Source: Pelagomonas calceolata
Taxonomy: Eukaryota
DNA: 64,000 bases
Assembly (NCBI GenBank): GCA_918797485.1
Contig: CAKKNE010000001.1
Span: 4,712,001-4,776,000 of the forward strand
Direction of reading: 5' to 3'
Numbering within the stretch: position 1 is the stretch's first letter; every line of letters begins with the position of its first letter. Both the position numbers and the translations under genes were made by a program. The notes beneath the pieces are model-generated. The model ran no database searches and was not told the origin of the DNA. It saw only the letters and a list, made by a program, of their open reading frames with translations. Below are positions 52,899 through 63,999 of this stretch, piece by piece.

Positions 52899-55800
52899 AT
52901 GCCGACGCTCATGAGCGGCGACGCGCCCATGGGCGCGAGCCAGGCGAAGTACGCGCAGGTCGCCCAAGACGAAGGACAAAAACCCCTCGAGGTCGAGGCG
53001 CCGTCGGGACCCCTCGGGAGCGGCGCGCCGCCGGTCATGCGCAAGCCGGCCTTCTGGGCGGCTGTTCTAGTGGTGGCGTTGGGGGCCTCCGTGATGTTAA
53101 GTGGTCCGGCAGCCCCACCACCAACCATCTCGGAAACGCCGGAGACAGACGTACCAGCTACGTCCTACTCGACACCTACTCTACGAGGTACGGAAGATAG
53201 CACGTTAACGGCACTCATCGCGGAGAACTCGCGGTTGCGCGCCGACCTCGCCAGCAAAGGCACAGGAGGCGCCTCGGACGAGGCCTTTTCTGCCTTGTTC
53301 GAGGAGAACGGGAGATTGAGGGCGGAACTGGCCCAGAAACCAGCTTCGACAGGAGGTGAGTTTGACATCGGAGCTTATCGAGCCGAGCGCTTAGCAGCCA
53401 CACCCCCGAACATAATAGAGTGCGCCGAGGCTACTGCAGGCGCGTCCCAGGAGGCCTGCCACCTGCCGAAAGAGCGGCGCTTCGAGGCCATCCAGCAAAA
53501 GGGCATCACGCTGTGGATGACCGGGTTGAGTGGTTCCGGTAAGTCTACCATAGCTAGAGCGTTGGAAGAAGCTCTAGTATTGAAATACGGCAAAGTCGTG
53601 CAACAGCTCGACGGCGACAACGTGCGCACGGGATTGAACAGAGATTTAGGCTTCACACCCGCAGATAGAGATGAATCTGTGAGACGCGTCGGGGAACTCG
53701 CTTGTCTCTTCAACGGCGGCGGCGTCATCACTTTAGTTACGTTGGTGTCACCGTACCGAGCGGCTCGGGACGCCGCGCGCCAAAGACACGAGGAGCAGCA
53801 TCTCAAGTTCCTCGAGGTCTTCATGAACGTGCCCATCGACGAGGTACGGCCCACGGCGTCTGTTGATCTTCGTTCGCGTCGCGTCGATGGCGTCTGGGGG
53901 AGAGCAGGCCGTTTTGGACCGCTTCTGTATATCGTCGCGGCGCGGCGGTCGCGGCGATGGCGTCTTCACCACGCTCACGCGAGCGTGTCCGTCCGACGCA
54001 GGTCCAAAAACGCGACCCCAAGGGCCTCTACGCGAAGGTGGCTGCCGGTGAAATTAAGTCCTTTACTGGTATGAGCGCGGACGCGCCCTACGAGGCGCCT
54101 TTGCATCCTGAGGTGGATTTGCCCAATAGGGATCTGTCGGTGGACGAGTGCGTCCAGCGGTTGCTCGATGTCCTTAGAAGAGAAGGCGTGCTCGAAGGTG
54201 GTATGACGGATCCTTCTGGTTTACCTTTGCCGCCGGGGTACGTGGATGGCTGGCTCGAGGACTCCCTACACTTGTCGGGTAGTGCCGCGATTACCGCTAA
54301 AAACCAAGCTTTGTCGTTACCGAAAGTGCGGCTGAATGATATTGACGTGAACTGGCTCCAAGTACTGGGAGAGGGCTGGGCCGCTCCCTTAAAAGGTTTC
54401 ATGCGGGAGTCGGTGTTGCTCCAATCATTACATTTCAATTCAGTGCTGATTGATCCCTTCGGCAATCAAGGCGACGCGCATATCAACGAGGAAGCGACGA
54501 ACTGGGAGTCGACTTCTCATGCCTCGACAAGAGCTTCTCTCGCGGTACCGATCGTGCTACCCATCACGTCCGGTACGCGCGACGCTATACTGAACAGTAA
54601 CCAGAGAACGGTAGCTCTAGTTGATAAAGATGGGAAATTCCTAGGGCAATTACACGACCCGGAGATCTACAACAACCGCAAGGAGGAAATAGTATCGAGA
54701 TGCTTTGGAGCTATCGACGCCGACCACCCTTATATAAAACATATCTATTCGGGTGGTGATTACCTGTTAGGAGGCGAGATCGAGCTCTTTGAGAGAATCA
54801 CGTATAATGATGGCCTAGACAAGTGGCGCAAGACGCCCAAGGAGCTTTATGGTGAGTTCAAGGCCAAGGGAGCTGATGTCGTCTTCGCGTTTCAGACCAG
54901 GAATCCCACACATGCCGGTCATGCGTATTTGATGAGAACTGGACGAGAACGCTTGGTAGCCAAGGGCCATTCCAATCCAGTCCTGTGGCTCTCGCCGCTA
55001 GGCGGGTGGACCAAAAGTGATGACGTCCCGCTCGACGTCCGCGTGAAACAACACCAAGCGATCTTAGATGAAGGGATGCTCGACCCGTCCTGGACGGTCA
55101 TGGGCATCTGGCCCGCTCCTATGATTTATGCTGGACCTACGGAGGTCCAATTCCACGCCGCTTCGCGCCGAGCGGGAGGGGCCTCCTTCTTCGTCGTGGG
55201 TCGGGACGCGGCGGGCATCAAAGGTTCGAGTGTCGCCGTCACACATACGGATGATGATATGTACGACGCCAATCACGCTAGATTTGTGTTACAAGCGTCT
55301 CCCTTACTTGATGACGGCGTCATGCAGCTTTTATCCTTTGATAAATTTTTTTACGATAAGTCAGATCATCAGATGAAGGCCATGGACCCGTCGCGCGAAG
55401 ATGATTTCATATCTATCTCCGGAAGTAAGATGAGGGCGTTGGCGAGGCAAGGCGCGGTCCCTTGCACGGATCCCATCCCTTCTGATCTACTCGCAGCGAA
55501 CTGCGTCCCGCAGGGCTTCATGGTGCCCACGGGCTGGGCGATAGTGTGTGACTACTACCAGAATGTTGACAGTGGCAAGTTCGTGCCTTGGAGCAAGCGC
55601 GTCGCGTACAACGAAGATAGGGCTACGGACGCGGTGGAAGAAGGGAGATTCGGTACTACTTCGTACTCCTTATTCCCGTCGTATCAAGGCCGTACGATGG
55701 TCTCGCCCTGGCACGACATTCCCCTGCGAAGCGGTTCTCATTATAATTTCATCACTGAAATCCCGATGTATACCTCGGCGAAGATGGAAGTGAGTAAAGA

Positions 55801-56335
55801 AAAGTACCGGAACCCCATCATGCAGGACACGAACAAGGACGGGTCTCCTAGATATTATACCTACGGCGTGCCCTTCTTCAATTATGGGTTACTACCGCAG
55901 ACCTGGGAGGATCCGGCTCTCAAATCGGCCGAAGGGTACGGTGGTGACAATGATCCTCTAGATGTGATCGAAGTCGGCGACGGGCCCCTGCCGATGGGGT
56001 CGACGACTCCGGTCGTTGTTTTAGGTTCATTGGAGCTCATAGATGAAGGCGAGACGGACCACAAGATTATTGCCTTGCGGGCGTCGGACCCGCGCGCGTC
56101 GTCCGTGAGGTCGTTGGATGATTTGGAACGGTCCTCGCCGGGATTGACCGCTCGATTGGTGGACTGGCTCAAGATGTACAAGACGTCGGACGGCAAGGGC
56201 ATCAATCAGTTGGCGAACAACGAGCGGCCGACGTCGGCGAGCGAGGCCGAGGCCATCATCGCCGAGTGCGAGCAGCGCTGGCGGGCGCTGCTCGCGGCGC
56301 CGAACGCGCGGCCCGAGTTCTGGCTGCCGCACTGA
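52899..56335 (+). CDS. PAPSS: APS kinase-ATP sulfurylase-pyrophosphatase fusion with N-terminal TM, 2 exons (52899-53843, 54002-56335)
   Basis: TGLSGSGKST, LDGDNVR; QTRNPTHAGH, VGRD; SPWHDIP, GDNDPLDV; intron 53844-54001 restores PIDE-VQKRDPKGLY. Confidence 0.93.
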
Positions 56336-56627
56336 CTAGGCGCCCCCTGATATCTCCTGTGTAACGTATGATATCTTAGATTTTGACCGGCGCGGCGTCG
56401 GCGGCGGAGATGAGTGCGGCTTATGGCGGCGGGCCCGTGGCCGCCGCGGTGACGGCGTCCGGTGGGGTGGAAGACTCGCTGCGCACCACGACTCAGAACC
56501 ACTCCACGCCGTCGCCGCGACGACCCCGCGAATACGACTAGTAAATTCAAGTTGATCAAGTTCGGCTAAATCAAGTTACTCTTCGCGCCGCCGCGCATCC
56601 GACGATCAGACAGGCCAAGCACACAAT

Positions 56628-57563
56628 CTAGAACGGGATCATGTTGCCCGCGCCCATCTGCTCGCCGAGCGTCTGGCCCGTCTGGGCCTCGGCGACCATG
56701 TTGCCGAAGATGCCGAGCATCGCGAGCCGGCCGTTGGCCATCTCGGCGTTCAGCTTCTGCGTCTTCTTCTCGGGGCTGAGCTTCTCGCCGAAGAAGCCCA
56801 CGTTGTAGTCGCCGTCGTACTTCGACGCGGGCCACCAGGCCATCTCGACGAGGCCGCAGAAGAGGAGGATCTGCGCGACGCCGGCGGCGGGGATGTTGAA
56901 GATGCCCTGGCCGCCGTTGGGGATGTCCGAGAACTTGAGCTGCTGGGACAGCGACAGGTAGCCCGGGAACTCGACGTCGGCGTTGTGGAGCACGCAGCCC
57001 GTGATCGCGACCATGGCGATGCGGCCGTGCTTGCGCTCGACGGCGCGGCGGCGCTCGAAGCCCTCGGGCTGCGTCGTCGAGAGGCCCAGCGGGTCCCAGA
57101 AGCCCGCCGGCGCCTGGACGCCGATGCGCGTCTCGTCGACGGACGCGCTCGCCATGGCGGTCGCCGCCGGCGCGGCCGCGGGCGCCTGGAAGGCGGCCGC
57201 GGAGCCCGCGAGGAGGGCGAGGACAACCTTCTGCTGCGAGGGGAGGGGCGGTCGCGCGTCTTCTCTCTCTAGTGCCGCGCGCGGAAGGTCTCGAGACCTT
57301 GTGTACAAGGTCTATTCCTCCGCTGCGCGACCAGCGGTTGTGCTGTAGCCATGGCGCACGTGGTAGCGACCTTCGCTTGACCCTCGTAAGCCGCCGGCGA
57401 CGCGCAGCGCGGCGGCAAGGCAAGCGATTTGCGATGCCAGCACAAGCTAGATATCGACCCGCCGCGGGCATTTTTGCTCAGTTTTTCGATGCGTGCCGCC
57501 TCGTAGCATTATCGTAGGCCTCTCGTCTGACTGGTTCGGCTGGGGACGCGGCGTAAGTACCAT
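56628..57563 (-). CDS. fucoxanthin-chlorophyll a/c light-harvesting protein; likely ATG at 57563-57561 followed by an intron ending near 57234
   Basis: FWDPLG, ERKHGRIAM, EMANGRLAM; signal peptide ending AAA-F; aaaATG|gtac donor (exon 1 inferred). Confidence 0.88.
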
Positions 57564-57838
57564 TTTGTAATCCGTGAAGCTAAAGCTCGCAGCCTTTTTG
57601 CAGACGAGGCAAAGGTCACACCCGCCGCGAACACCCGTCGCATGCTGTCCGGGACCGCCTCTGAGACACACAGATAGGAAGAAAGATCGGTTGCGGAAAA
57701 CCGTGCGGGTATTTCATGCTTTTGGCTTTGCAGCGCTGGCGGGGCGAGGAGGACCTAAAGAGGCCAGTTTCGGGACTGCACAGTCCCTCTGAACGTCATT
57801 CATTCGGACCACCCAGCGCTGGTTGCACGACTCCACAA

Positions 57839-59122
57839 ATGGCCACTGTGGCACAGCGCACTCAGGCTGCACGCGAGCAGGCTGCACGCGAGGCGCGCAA
57901 AGCCGCGGCCACGGTTCTCCTGCGCGAGATAAAACTCGTCTTCGACGACCGCCCAGCGGTGTATCAAGAAATCGTGAAGAACTTGAACTCGCTCTGGAAA
58001 GTAGACGACACTGACGGCTGCTTTGCCCGCGTCGAGGCCCTGCTCGCGACGGCGCCGCGCGCCGACCTCCTGACACAACTCCGCGACTTCATGCCGGCCT
58101 CCTCCATTAATGCCTGGCAGCAGAGCGCACCGGAGCCGTCCGACCCTGGCAAGGGCGAGGGCTCGGCGCGCGAGCCCATCACCTTCGAATCCGACGACGA
58201 GGCGGCGGCAGCGCCCGCTCCGGCGGCCGCGGCGGAGAACGACTCCGACGACGACGTCGTCCTCGTGAGCACGACCCTCACCAACCCCCTCGTCGACCTG
58301 CCACACGCGCGCCACGAGTGCGCCGCGCTGGGCATGCCCGCGCGCGACGACGCCGACGGATTAATGTTGGCGCGGCGCTTCTGCGCGCGCTGCTACTGCA
58401 CGCTCTGCGACCGGCCCGTATCGGACTGCGCGGCGTGGCCCGAGCATAGTCGATACCGCGACGAGCCGCCGTGGCGGGCCGTCCGCGACGCGCTGGTTGC
58501 CGTACCTGAGCCGCCGCCGCGGCGCTTCAAGCGGCCGCGGCTGCGCGGGGCTCCGGCTGCGGCTCCGCGAGCTCAACCGGTCGCGCAACGAGCTACCGCG
58601 GCTCCGCGAGCTCGACGCAGAGTGCCGCAGCGGCCCGGCGCTTTCGACGCGGACGACCGGCGCGAAACCGCCGCCGCCGTCGCCGCGCCGGCTGCTGCAC
58701 CAAACGGCGTCGACGACGCGACGGTGGCGGCGCGCACGAGGTATCTTCTCTTGACCGACGGGGAGATAAGACGGCAGTACGACAAGGGGTCGCTCACCGT
58801 GAGCACGTTGCAGGGGGGCGTCGCGACTGCGCTGGGCGTGGACGAGGATGCCATCAAGGACGTCGTGAAGGCGACGCTGGCCGATTACCTTCATGATCAG
58901 ATGCAGCAGCGGTGCGGCCGAATTGACTGCCTGGTGTGCAAAGGGGGGAAGCACGTGCTCGAGAAGCCGTGCCCGAACACGGCGGCGGTCAGAGCGGCGG
59001 CCGCGCGGTATACGAGATGCAGTTCCTTTTGGGCCGGCGGCGAGGCCACGGCGCCGCCGCCCGCCACGCCGGACGACGGGAACGACTCGGACGTCGGCGC
59101 GTACTTCGAGCTGTCCGATTAA
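57839..59122 (+). CDS. putative nuclear protein: PAH-like, Cys-rich and DEK-C-like domains
   Basis: LREIKLVFDDRPAVY...LRDFMP; LPHARHEC...CARCYCTLCD..C..W; SLTVSTLQ...ALGVD. Confidence 0.65.
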   Translation: MATVAQRTQAAREQAAREARKAAATVLLREIKLVFDDRPAVYQEIVKNLNSLWKVDDTDGCFARVEALLATAPRADLLTQLRDFMPASSINAWQQSAPEPSDPGKGEGSAREPITFESDDEAAAAPAPAAAAENDSDDDVVLVSTTLTNPLVDLPHARHECAALGMPARDDADGLMLARRFCARCYCTLCDRPVSDCAAWPEHSRYRDEPPWRAVRDALVAVPEPPPRRFKRPRLRGAPAAAPRAQPVAQRATAAPRARRRVPQRPGAFDADDRRETAAAVAAPAAAPNGVDDATVAARTRYLLLTDGEIRRQYDKGSLTVSTLQGGVATALGVDEDAIKDVVKATLADYLHDQMQQRCGRIDCLVCKGGKHVLEKPCPNTAAVRAAAARYTRCSSFWAGGEATAPPPATPDDGNDSDVGAYFELSD

Positions 59123-59146
59123 CAACAAGTTTTATGTGCACAAACA

Positions 59147-59599
59147 CTAGTCCGAAGTAGGCGTCTTCAGCACGTACGGCCGCAGCGAAGCGTCCATGGC
59201 CGCGTCGACGGCGTGGTCAATGGGCTTGATGATGAGTGGGATGGAGGCGAGGCCGCAGAACGTCGGCACCATGGGCCGCGTCGTCGCGCGGCCGGCCGTC
59301 GCGACCACTCGATTGACGACGAAGCCTGGCACGATCACCGACGCCAGCGCCTGCCAGATCAGCGCGTCGACGCCGCGCGCCACGTCGCCGTCGCGTTGAT
59401 ATTTGTCGTTCGCGTCGGCGGCGACGTACGCGCACGCGACGCCGTACGTGCCAAAGTACGCGACGCGCGGGATCAGAGGCTTGAAGCTCTCGCCCAGCTC
59501 GTTCGCGTAGCCCAAGAAGCGCACCGGCGTGTCCCTGTAGAGGTCCACGCTTGCCGGCGGCGTCGTAGCGTCGCTGCTTGCTGCATTAGGGCTGGCCAT
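59147..59599 (-). CDS. MTFP1: mitochondrial fission process protein 1 (MTP18)
   Basis: DLYRDTPVRFLGYANELGESF, WQALASVIVPGF, IPLIIKPID. Confidence 0.92.
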   Translation of the reverse strand: MASPNAASSDATTPPASVDLYRDTPVRFLGYANELGESFKPLIPRVAYFGTYGVACAYVAADANDKYQRDGDVARGVDALIWQALASVIVPGFVVNRVVATAGRATTRPMVPTFCGLASIPLIIKPIDHAVDAAMDASLRPYVLKTPTSD

Positions 59600-59829
59600 T
59601 GTTCACACACTCGTCCCCGTCGCAGCGGTTACGCTGCAGCGGTGAGTGTTCTCGATCGTTTTGGGTCCCGCTGAGAGAGCACGCTGCGCGCGCCAGCAGG
59701 CGTGCGGCTGTACGCGACTGCCAGGGCTTGCTCCCGCTGCCTCCCGCTGCCTTGCCGATTTTGAGGCCTCACTTGATCGCATAAATGGATTCGAGAGGCT
59801 GAGAACTGCATCATTGATTAAGAAATAGG

Positions 59830-60504
59830 ATGGCCGACTTGGACGGTCCGTACGACGTCCCGTGCGGCAGCGACGGCGACGATGCAGCAGCAGCTGATAA
59901 CACAGACCAAGAGGCTGCCACGAGCGACGCCGACCTAAGATTACCACCCTTGCCACCCCCACTCAAGACGCGGAACCTCGAGTTCTGCTGCGGCGCGACG
60001 ACCATCCTGACCTGCGTTTTTATTGCTGTGGGCGTCGCGGCCGCGGTCATCTTCGCGCCGTCGAGCAATTTGAGTTTCACCGCCAAAATAGTGTGCGCCG
60101 TGCTCGTCGGCGTCGAATGCTTGGTTGCGGTTATCTCGCTGCTTGTCATCGGCTTCGGCGATCCAGGTATAGTAAAAAGGACGCCCGCGACGATAAATCC
60201 GATCCCCAAAGAAGTCGCCGAGCGCTTGAGAGCGGGCGAAGGCCTGGACGGCCTCCAGAACTTCGTGGACGAGAGTCGGGGCGTCTACTGCGTCAAGTGC
60301 TGCGTCTGGCGGCCGAGGAACGCCGTGCACTGCACGACGTGTCGACGGTGCTGTCGCGACCACGACCACCACTGCGGCTTTTATGGGCGGTGCATCGCGA
60401 AGAAGAACCTCACCTACTTCTTTGCGGTGGGCCCGGCGGGTTGGGCCGCGATTGTCACTTGTATTGTTTTTGCTGCTTTAGCGCTCGCGCCACCAATAAG
60501 ATAA
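59830..60504 (+). CDS. DHHC palmitoyltransferase
   Basis: DPGIV; CVKCCVWRP..HCTTCRRCCRDHDHHC. Confidence 0.9.
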   Translation: MADLDGPYDVPCGSDGDDAAAADNTDQEAATSDADLRLPPLPPPLKTRNLEFCCGATTILTCVFIAVGVAAAVIFAPSSNLSFTAKIVCAVLVGVECLVAVISLLVIGFGDPGIVKRTPATINPIPKEVAERLRAGEGLDGLQNFVDESRGVYCVKCCVWRPRNAVHCTTCRRCCRDHDHHCGFYGRCIAKKNLTYFFAVGPAGWAAIVTCIVFAALALAPPIR

Positions 60505-60512
60505 CAGCACTA

Positions 60513-61208
60513 CTATTTTACGCCCAGCACGTCGTTCTCCTCGTCGAGCCACGTCGGCCGCGCGGGGCTCCGCGAGGAGTCTTCCGATTGAACCGAGGAC
60601 GAGGCCCGCCGCGGGTCGTCGGACTCCGTCGCGAAGGCCGCGTCCGACCTAGCTCGAGCTTTGGCCGCCTCCGCCGCCCGTCTTTCTCTTTCTTTCGAGA
60701 GCGTCGCCTTGCGCATGTCGCGACAGGACTTGACGCACATCAGGCCGAGGCACAGGTAGATGAAGCCCAATAAACCGACGGCGAGCGCTGTGGCCAGCTG
60801 CAACGTGCCGTAATCATTGGACACCTTCGTGTCGATCGTTAGCACGGCCACGAACAGAATAAACAGCCCTTTGATCGCCCACACGTCCAGGAAGCGAAAG
60901 TACTCCAGAAACAAACGCGGCCAGTTCACCTCGGCCATCAAGATCATACATCCAAATACAATCGCGTACGCGCGGATCGCGTAGATCTGCGGCGTCTCCT
61001 GGAACTCGTAGATCTCGATGGCGTTGACGACCACGACGAGCAACCCCGCAAATGCGGTCACCGTCGAGAAACCCCGCAGCGTCCACAGGCACGCGTCGCT
61101 CGCCTCGACGTCGTCGTCTTCCCGGAATGGGCTCCGGTCGTCGTCCTCGGCTGCTAGGTCCTCGGCGGCGGCGCCGTACAACGGTAGCGATTCTCCTCGC
61201 GGCGGCAT
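60513..61208 (-). CDS. COPI-associated/Tvp15-like membrane protein
   Basis: 4 TM helices; YAIVFG..ILMAE; FRFLD.W.IKGLFILF. Confidence 0.7.
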   Translation of the reverse strand: MPPRGESLPLYGAAAEDLAAEDDDRSPFREDDDVEASDACLWTLRGFSTVTAFAGLLVVVVNAIEIYEFQETPQIYAIRAYAIVFGCMILMAEVNWPRLFLEYFRFLDVWAIKGLFILFVAVLTIDTKVSNDYGTLQLATALAVGLLGFIYLCLGLMCVKSCRDMRKATLSKERERRAAEAAKARARSDAAFATESDDPRRASSSVQSEDSSRSPARPTWLDEENDVLGVK

Positions 61209-61615
61209 TTGTTTGTCCGCTTAACAGTGGCTGGCACGACCACCAGGTGGGAATGGCTTAGCGGTCGCGTGGCTCCCGTTTCGCAGCGCTGAGCGCGTCT
61301 GCGGTACAGAGTGGAGTTGTTTGGTGGCTTGTGGCACGCCTGCTTGCGGTATACGAGGAGTAATCGGTCTCTAAAGCGCGCGCTCTGCTTGATGCTAGTA
61401 TGCCTATGATTTAGCTAAGCTCTCAGCCGAGCAGCAAGCAAAAGAGCGGTGAAACAGCTCGCTTTTGTACACGCTGGGACGTCGGAAGAGCTGAGCCATC
61501 GCGGAGAACAATTGTGGGCGGCCAGTGGACGTAACCGCGTTCGGTAGGCGCAGAGCGCTGCCCACAGCAACTCCAAGCGAGGAGGCCAAGCCAGCGCGGC
61601 GGGGCCTCAAACAGT

Positions 61616-62161
61616 ATGCGGCCACCCGCCTCCAAGGGCCGGGGCTTCGGCGGCGCCCGGGGACGCGGCGGCGGCAAGGGCGGCCGCGGCTTCGGCAAGG
61701 GCCGGGGCGGGCGCGGACCGGAGGGCCCGCCCGACAGCGTCGAGCCCGTCGGCACGCTGATGCACGACTGCGAAGGTGACCTCGTCTGCAAGCTGACGCA
61801 CGCCAAGGTCCCGTATTTCAACGCGTCGATCTATGTGGACAAAAATACCAGAGTCGGCAAGGTCGACGAGATCCTGGGCCCCATCAACGAGGTCATGTTC
61901 ACGGTGAAGCCCGACGCCGGCGTGCACGCGTCCTCCTTTAAAGCCGGGGACACGTTCTCGATCGACCCCATGAAATTATTACCTATGAGCCGTTTTACGG
62001 GCGGAGGCGGCGGCGGCGGCGGCGGGCGCGGCCGCGGCAAGGGGGGCAAGGGCGGCCGCGGCCGCGGCGGCAAGGGCAAGGGCCGCGGCAAGGGCGGCTT
62101 CGGGCGGGGCAAGGGCTCCCCTGGCGGCGGGAGAGGGCGGGGGCGCGGGCGCGGCTGGTGA
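61616..62161 (+). CDS. GAR1: H/ACA snoRNP subunit GAR1
   Basis: Gly/Arg-rich tails; VPYFNA, VGKVDEILGP, KLLPMSRF. Confidence 0.95.
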   Translation: MRPPASKGRGFGGARGRGGGKGGRGFGKGRGGRGPEGPPDSVEPVGTLMHDCEGDLVCKLTHAKVPYFNASIYVDKNTRVGKVDEILGPINEVMFTVKPDAGVHASSFKAGDTFSIDPMKLLPMSRFTGGGGGGGGGRGRGKGGKGGRGRGGKGKGRGKGGFGRGKGSPGGGRGRGRGRGW

Positions 62162-62218
62162 GTCGTCGGTCGCGAGGCTCGTAAACAAGCTACGAATAGA
62201 TTCTTACAACATAAGCGA

Positions 62219-63613
62219 CTAGTAGTCCTCCTCTTCACGTCTGCGGCGGCGCTCCGCGAGTTCGTCGGCCGAGAGCTGGCCGCGACACGAAAAGAAGCTG
62301 TCCGGCGGGATGAACTGGTCGCGGAGGTCCACGGAATACGGGAGCGTTTGCCAACCCCGTTTCGGGCGCGGCGGCGGTCGCAAGGCGGCCTCCGGGTCTT
62401 CTGAGTAGGACGGCGGCCTTTTCCATACATCAGCCCAGGTCTTTCCGCGAGGCGGGTTTTCCGCTGCCTGCATGTGGAGGGTACAAGAGTCCGGGAGATT
62501 CTCACAGAGAAGGCTCGGATCCAGATCCACATGGAAGTGGGCTGGATCGAAGCCGAGGACCAGGTGCCTCACGGTCGTCGGCACCTCCTCGAAATCTTCA
62601 TACCCAATGGGCCAGCAAGTGTGGTCCAGGCGGTCGGCCTCGATGGCTAGAAATTCCAAGGACGGCGCGAACCGCTGAAGCCCTTTGAATATTTCCTCGA
62701 AGAGTTCTCCAGTACCAGCATCGATCGAAATCCCGAGCGACACCAGATTATTCATCGAGGCGGGCTGCTGCATTTGCACCTTCAACGCGCCCCAGCAAAT
62801 CCAGCCGACCGACGTGAACTGTTGCAGCAGATCGACGCCAACTACTTGAGACACGTGCGAGAGCGCCGGCCGTTGCTCTCGCTCCTCTCCATATCGAGCT
62901 GCGCCGATGGGAGAATCAAATGCCTCTAGCATTGAGAAATTTTCGACGGCCTTGAACACGCGCAGGATGCTTTCCAGCGAGAGATGATATGGCTCTATTA
63001 TTCCGTCGTGAAAACGCGACTGTCCGAGGCCCGGCAAGCGGTCCACGACGAGCGTCTTCGCCGCGAGTAGCGGCGCGAAGTTTCGTGCAAATGGAAACGG
63101 TACTGGAGACTGCGGCGGAGGCAATGGCAGCGCCGCGTCGCCAAAATCGAAATTTTGCGGCCTCCCTCGAATGTCGAAAGAGAACTGGACTCGCTGGAGC
63201 CGCGGAAAGTCCAGCCCAGAGAAGACGCGCCAGGCCTCGAGAAGCAGTCTCTCTTCTGCCGTGGGCGATTCGGGCACGAATTGTTCGGCGAATGCCCACT
63301 GGTGGAAGTCCATCACGACACACGTCGTGTGCCTTTGGAGCCGTGCGAGTAGCATCGGCGAGAGACGCGGCAGGTCCGTGAGTCTTAGAAGATTCGCGCG
63401 CTGGCCGTGGTGCGGCATACGATTTGTAGCTTCCCGCCAACCGAAATTATAAGGGTCAAACACGCGCGTGCCGTCCATGTGGAAGGTCCAGTGCTGCCAG
63501 AGCGCCGCAGATTGAGACGCTTGCGACCATTCCTTCGAGGTGCACGCTGCCAAGCAGCGGTCCGCAATGCCGAGCCAGTCGAGAGCACCACGGCCGCCCG
63601 TGGGGTCAGTCAT
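62219..63613 (-). CDS. hypothetical protein, possibly F-box/LRR-like
   Basis: WLGIADRCLAACTSKEW...LW N-terminus; Leu-rich segments. Confidence 0.55.
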   Translation of the reverse strand: MTDPTGGRGALDWLGIADRCLAACTSKEWSQASQSAALWQHWTFHMDGTRVFDPYNFGWREATNRMPHHGQRANLLRLTDLPRLSPMLLARLQRHTTCVVMDFHQWAFAEQFVPESPTAEERLLLEAWRVFSGLDFPRLQRVQFSFDIRGRPQNFDFGDAALPLPPPQSPVPFPFARNFAPLLAAKTLVVDRLPGLGQSRFHDGIIEPYHLSLESILRVFKAVENFSMLEAFDSPIGAARYGEEREQRPALSHVSQVVGVDLLQQFTSVGWICWGALKVQMQQPASMNNLVSLGISIDAGTGELFEEIFKGLQRFAPSLEFLAIEADRLDHTCWPIGYEDFEEVPTTVRHLVLGFDPAHFHVDLDPSLLCENLPDSCTLHMQAAENPPRGKTWADVWKRPPSYSEDPEAALRPPPRPKRGWQTLPYSVDLRDQFIPPDSFFSCRGQLSADELAERRRRREEEDY

Positions 63614-63726
63614 TGCAAAGGAATGGGCAGGCGTGAGCAGCGCAGCCGTGGATGCGTCTGTGAGCGGCTGCACGCTCGCGCAGTGTTGCTAGGCTCCGTT
63701 TTTTTGGTGCTCGGCGGCCCAGCCAA

Positions 63727-63749
63727 GCTAGCGGCATGTAAGACACTAG
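63727..63749 (+). promoter_or_regulatory. recurrent intergenic motif GCTAGCGGCATGTAAGACACTAG (representative copy)
   Basis: Related copies at 26121, 29478, 32832, 44042, 45784, 50411, 51242. Confidence 0.6.
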
Positions 63750-63774
63750 AAAAAGGAAGATTTATCAACAACAG

Positions 63775-63999
63775 TTACGCCATCGCCTTCGCGGCCGCCG
63801 CGACGAAGACAGCCGCCTCCTCGAGGTCTCGTCCGAGCAGCGCGCAGGCCTTGGCGTTGTCGGTACTAGGCTTCTTGGGCTTGAGCGCCGCGACCTTCTC
63901 GTCGGCGCGCCATTTCGCCAAGTCTACGCCCGCGGACTGATCTGGCGCGTGCTCTTTCAGGAGCTCCGCGATGTCTAGAGTAGAGAACTGGTCCCGCGA
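63775..63999 (-). CDS. C-terminus of a gene continuing beyond the window, possibly NAD-dependent epimerase-like
   Basis: Open frame SRDQFSTLDIAELLKE...DNAKACALLG...AMA*. Confidence 0.55.
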   Translation of the reverse strand, partial: SRDQFSTLDIAELLKEHAPDQSAGVDLAKWRADEKVAALKPKKPSTDNAKACALLGRDLEEAAVFVAAAAKAMA

